A stretch of DNA of 64,000 nt from an uncultured Planctomycetales bacterium. Lineage in GTDB: Bacteria > Omnitrophota > Gorgyraeia > Zapsychrales > JAHFFX01. The translations under genes and the position numbers were made by a program. The stretch spans positions 9,322 through 73,321 of the forward strand of contig CAYXGG010000002.1 of assembly GCA_964464475.1 (NCBI GenBank). The letters run 5' to 3'. Shown one piece after another: positions 60,746-64,000 of this stretch. Position 1 is the stretch's first letter. Each line of letters opens with the position of its first letter. The notes under the pieces were generated by a model that was not told where the DNA came from, made no database searches, and saw nothing but the letters and a program-made list of their open reading frames with translations.

Positions 60746-61827
60746 AAAACGTCCTCCAGCACGTTAATAAACTTATTATTTTCCTTTCGCGATCCAATCG
60801 TGACGCGAATATAATTTTTTAATCCCCAGTGACTCATATCCCGTACGATAACTCCCTTTTTCATCAAATCCCGAGTGACCGCTGTCGCATCACCATTCAC
60901 TTTTACCAAGATAAAATTGGTATAACTTTTTTCAAAAGTCCAACCGCGCTTGGTTAACTGCGTATACAAAAAAGCCTTCTCAGCTTTGATGACTTTCGCG
61001 ACACGCCCATAATACATCGTGTCATTCAAACAGGCCACGGCAGCCGCCTGAGCCAAAGAATTCACATTAAAAGGCTCCCGCAAACGGTTGAGCGCCGCGA
61101 TTATCTCCGGACGAGCAATACCATACCCAACCCGCAATCCCGCTAAGCCGTACATTTTTGAAAAAGTCCGCGTCACCAAAACGTTAGAAAATTTTTTGAT
61201 CAAACTTAATGAATCCGGGTAATCTTTTTCATCCACAAACTCATAATAGGCCTCATCGAGAAAAACCAAAATATGACTCGGGACCGAATTTAAGAATTTT
61301 AATAACGCCGTTTTCGGGATGTAGGTGCCGCAAGGATTGTCCGGATTACCAATAAAAATAACCTTGGTATTCTCATTGATGGCCGATTGCATCGCCGGCA
61401 AATCGTAATAAAAACCTTTCAAGGGAACAGCACGCACGCGAGCTCCTTCTAAACGCGCGGCAATATCATAAATCAAGAATGAAGGCTGAGCGATAATGAC
61501 TTCGTCCTGTGGACCGACAATCGCGCGAATGGCCATTACGATAATTTCATCCGACCCGTTCCCAAAAATTAACTGATCCGGTTTAATCCGTAATTTCTTA
61601 GCCAAAGTCTCCCGCAAATAAAAACACCCACCCTCCGGGTAACGGTTAAGGGTAAGTGCCGCCTTGGCGATCGCGCGCAACACTCGAGGAGAAGGGACAA
61701 ATGGGCTCTCGTTAGAAGCAAGTTTGACAACGTCGTTTAAACCCAATTCCCGTTTAACTTCTTCAATAGGTTTTCCCGGAACGTAAGGCGCGACATCAAA
61801 AATCTGTGATTTAAAAACGACACTCAT
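60742..61827 (-). CDS. hisC: Histidinol-phosphate aminotransferase
   Basis: KLASNE, GNGSDE, DEAYYE, RTFSKMYGLAGLRVG. Confidence 0.94.
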   Translation of the reverse strand: MSVVFKSQIFDVAPYVPGKPIEEVKRELGLNDVVKLASNESPFVPSPRVLRAIAKAALTLNRYPEGGCFYLRETLAKKLRIKPDQLIFGNGSDEIIVMAIRAIVGPQDEVIIAQPSFLIYDIAARLEGARVRAVPLKGFYYDLPAMQSAINENTKVIFIGNPDNPCGTYIPKTALLKFLNSVPSHILVFLDEAYYEFVDEKDYPDSLSLIKKFSNVLVTRTFSKMYGLAGLRVGYGIARPEIIAALNRLREPFNVNSLAQAAAVACLNDTMYYGRVAKVIKAEKAFLYTQLTKRGWTFEKSYTNFILVKVNGDATAVTRDLMKKGVIVRDMSHWGLKNYIRVTIGSRKENNKFINVLEDVL

Positions 61828-62888
61828 TCTAAAACCGGGTAAGACCCGAGCACTTTTAAATATTTACACATATCTTCCAATTGAGCCAAAGCTTTCTCTA
61901 CACGAGGATCCGTGCGATGCCCTTCAAAATCCACGAAGAAATAATAGTCCCAGGCTTTCTTTTTGGATGGGCGGGATTCAATTTTCGTCAGATTAATTTT
62001 TGCCCGAGAAAACGGCGCGAGCATCCCGTACAACGCGCCCACCTTATCCTTGATAGAAAACAAAATTGAGGTTCGGTCCTTGCCGGTTGGAGCGGCATCG
62101 GTTTGCCCAATGACCAAAAAGCGGGTCGTGTTATGGGCAATATCATGCACGGCTTTGCGCACAATAGGCACGCGGAATACTTCCGCCGCCTCTTTAGATG
62201 CGAGCGCAGCGACTTTGCTATTCTTTGAAGCAATTTCCGCCGCCTCGGTCGTAGACGCCACAATAATATCCTCCGCCCAAGGCAAATTAGTGGCCAACCA
62301 GTTTCGACACTGGTCGAACACCTGAGAATTGGAATAAACCTTTTTGATCTTTCGTAAATCTTTGGTGTGTGACAGAAGGTTATGAGAAATCTCCAACAGG
62401 CTCTGCCGGCAAATCTTCAAATCCGATTCCACTAACATATCAAACGTCGGGGTCACCGCCCCTTCCGTTGAATTCTCGATCGGTACGACGCCATAATCAC
62501 ATTCCTGTTGTTCCACCACACTAAATACTTCCGGAATTTTATGGCAGGAAACATAATTCATCTGCGCGCCAAAAATTTTGCGCGCCGCCGTATAGGTATA
62601 AGCGCCCATGGTTCCCAGCACCGCAATCTTTAACGGCTTTTCAACAGATAACGAACACGACATAATTTCACGGTAAACGGCTTGCAGCGCCTCGTTGGGC
62701 ACGGCTCCCGGATTCAAAGACTTGATGCGCGTTAACACCTGTTTTTCTCGATCCGGCGCGTAAACCTGCTGATTGTTCTTTAATTTTTCAGCGCCGATAC
62801 GCTTGCTAATCAGCGCCCGTTCGTTTAAAAGCCCAACGATTTTGGCATCAAGCGCATCAATATTTTTTCTTAATCCTGATAATGGCAT
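61824..62888 (-). CDS. pheA: Chorismate mutase/prephenate dehydratase (P-protein)
   Basis: LRKNID..D CM domain, PIENSTEG, NTTRF, IESRP ACT; start reset to MPLSGLRK. Confidence 0.95.
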   Translation of the reverse strand: MPLSGLRKNIDALDAKIVGLLNERALISKRIGAEKLKNNQQVYAPDREKQVLTRIKSLNPGAVPNEALQAVYREIMSCSLSVEKPLKIAVLGTMGAYTYTAARKIFGAQMNYVSCHKIPEVFSVVEQQECDYGVVPIENSTEGAVTPTFDMLVESDLKICRQSLLEISHNLLSHTKDLRKIKKVYSNSQVFDQCRNWLATNLPWAEDIIVASTTEAAEIASKNSKVAALASKEAAEVFRVPIVRKAVHDIAHNTTRFLVIGQTDAAPTGKDRTSILFSIKDKVGALYGMLAPFSRAKINLTKIESRPSKKKAWDYYFFVDFEGHRTDPRVEKALAQLEDMCKYLKVLGSYPVLE

Positions 62889-62895
62889 ATTTTTC

Positions 62896-63672
62896 TTAAC
62901 TAGAAGCGTCTTGTTTAGGGTCATTCGCGTCCATGGTAGGTGCGTCGGAAGCCTCCGCAGCTGCCGACTCTTCAGATTCGGAAGTTTCCATTCGAGAAAT
63001 ATTCGGCCGGCTAAACTGATCCAAATTGGTTTCTTGTGAAAGCATTTCTGATTCGGAACCAATCCGTTCGCTCTCTTCCTTACGCAAATTATCTTCTATT
63101 TGCCCCCGGCCTCCCGCTTCAATCTCTTGCACGTTCTGCTGCAAACTGGAAAAATCTTCAAGCTTAGGCAAGTCATCCAATGATTTCAAACCAAAATATT
63201 CCAAAAACTGCTTCGTCGTTCCATAAAGAAAAGGACGACCTGGGACATCTTTTCTACCCACAATCTTAATCAAACCTTTAGCCAGCAAGTGATCCGTGAC
63301 GCCGTCCGAATTAACACCTCGAATCAGTTCAATGTCCATGCGGGAAACCGGCTGTTTATAGGCAATAATCGCCAGTGTTTCTAAAGCGGGTTTGGACAAC
63401 TTTTCTTTGTGGCGGGTTTTAAAAAATTTGCGAATAGCCAACGCAAAATTAGAGCTAGAAAGCATTTGATAACCACCGGCGATGTCAACAATGACCATAC
63501 CGCTTTGTCGATCATCATATTCCTTTTGCAACGCAACAATGGTTTCTTTGACGGTAGCTCCATCAACGCCTTCCACAACTTCCCTGATTTGCTCAAGGGT
63601 TAAAGGCTTCTCACTTACGAACAGGAGAGCTTCAATCATACCGCGCAAATGGGGATTGAGTTCAGACTCCAT
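62896..63672 (-). CDS. scpB: SMC-Scp complex subunit ScpB with acidic C-terminal tail
   Basis: IEALLF, LETLAIIAYKQP, IRGV, GRP.LYGTT..FL..FGL. Confidence 0.95.
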   Translation of the reverse strand: MESELNPHLRGMIEALLFVSEKPLTLEQIREVVEGVDGATVKETIVALQKEYDDRQSGMVIVDIAGGYQMLSSSNFALAIRKFFKTRHKEKLSKPALETLAIIAYKQPVSRMDIELIRGVNSDGVTDHLLAKGLIKIVGRKDVPGRPFLYGTTKQFLEYFGLKSLDDLPKLEDFSSLQQNVQEIEAGGRGQIEDNLRKEESERIGSESEMLSQETNLDQFSRPNISRMETSESEESAAAEASDAPTMDANDPKQDASS

Positions 63673-63999
63673 TTAGTTTTTCACCTTTTGTTTGTAGATT
63701 TCGTTTAACAATTCTTCTGTCGACTGAATTGTTGTTGATCTCTCTAACGCCTTGTGAATCATTTCCTGCGCTTCCGGACGTTTATATTGCAATTGCATCA
63801 AAACAGCCAAGGCTTCCTGCTGCCAATCAGGTTCAGTAAGAATCTTTTTATTTTCCATCGTTCGCTCCGGAATCAAGCCAAAGCGTCCGATCTTGCCCTG
63901 CAGTTTAGCGACGATCTCTTTAGCGCGCTGCGCTCCGATACCCGGAAGCGTTTTAAGAAACCCGGTGTCCCCGGCTTCAATCGCGCGAGTGATTTCGGC
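63673..63999 (-). CDS. ruvA: Holliday junction protein RuvA (5' end truncated by window edge)
   Basis: Manual translation AEITRAIEAGDTGFLKTLPGIGAQRAKEIVAKLQGK (HhH) followed by EALAVL..L.Y...EA C-terminal domain. Confidence 0.85.
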   Translation of the reverse strand, partial: AEITRAIEAGDTGFLKTLPGIGAQRAKEIVAKLQGKIGRFGLIPERTMENKKILTEPDWQQEALAVLMQLQYKRPEAQEMIHKALERSTTIQSTEELLNEIYKQKVKN

Positions 64000-64000
64000 A

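Overview
Gene-dense bacterial chromosomal window in which all ~60 credible genes lie on the minus strand. The gene mix suggests a PVC-type diderm, possibly Ca. Omnitrophota (inference only). Content is mostly housekeeping: mreB, aroA, rluA-family, lgt, lspA, dksA-like, ileS, mtnP, proC, yggS, SulP, AddAB-like helicase-nuclease, xth, slyD, M3 peptidase, lexA, glgP, ABC-F, DsbD-family, plsY, lepB, lepA, cmk, tyrA, aroF, hisC, pheA, scpB and ruvA. No rRNA, tRNA, CRISPR array or transposase was seen. The strongest unexplained signal is a ~115-bp TA-flanked palindromic miniature element (MITE-like) in three copies. Copy 1 is inserted in frame and adds 38 aa to a large membrane protein. Copy 2 rewrote a gene's C-terminus and broke an ATGA translational coupling. 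Copy 3 carries nested REP-like hairpins. A related 66-bp element is also present. Other points of interest: a candidate new LexA operator in an apparently leaderless lexA promoter, a degenerate Mesh1/SAH-like HD protein between addA and addB, an HEXXH-DUF58 fusion, an ATP-grasp/zinc-peptidase module behind glgP, and a sigma-54-driven PEP-CTERM gene.
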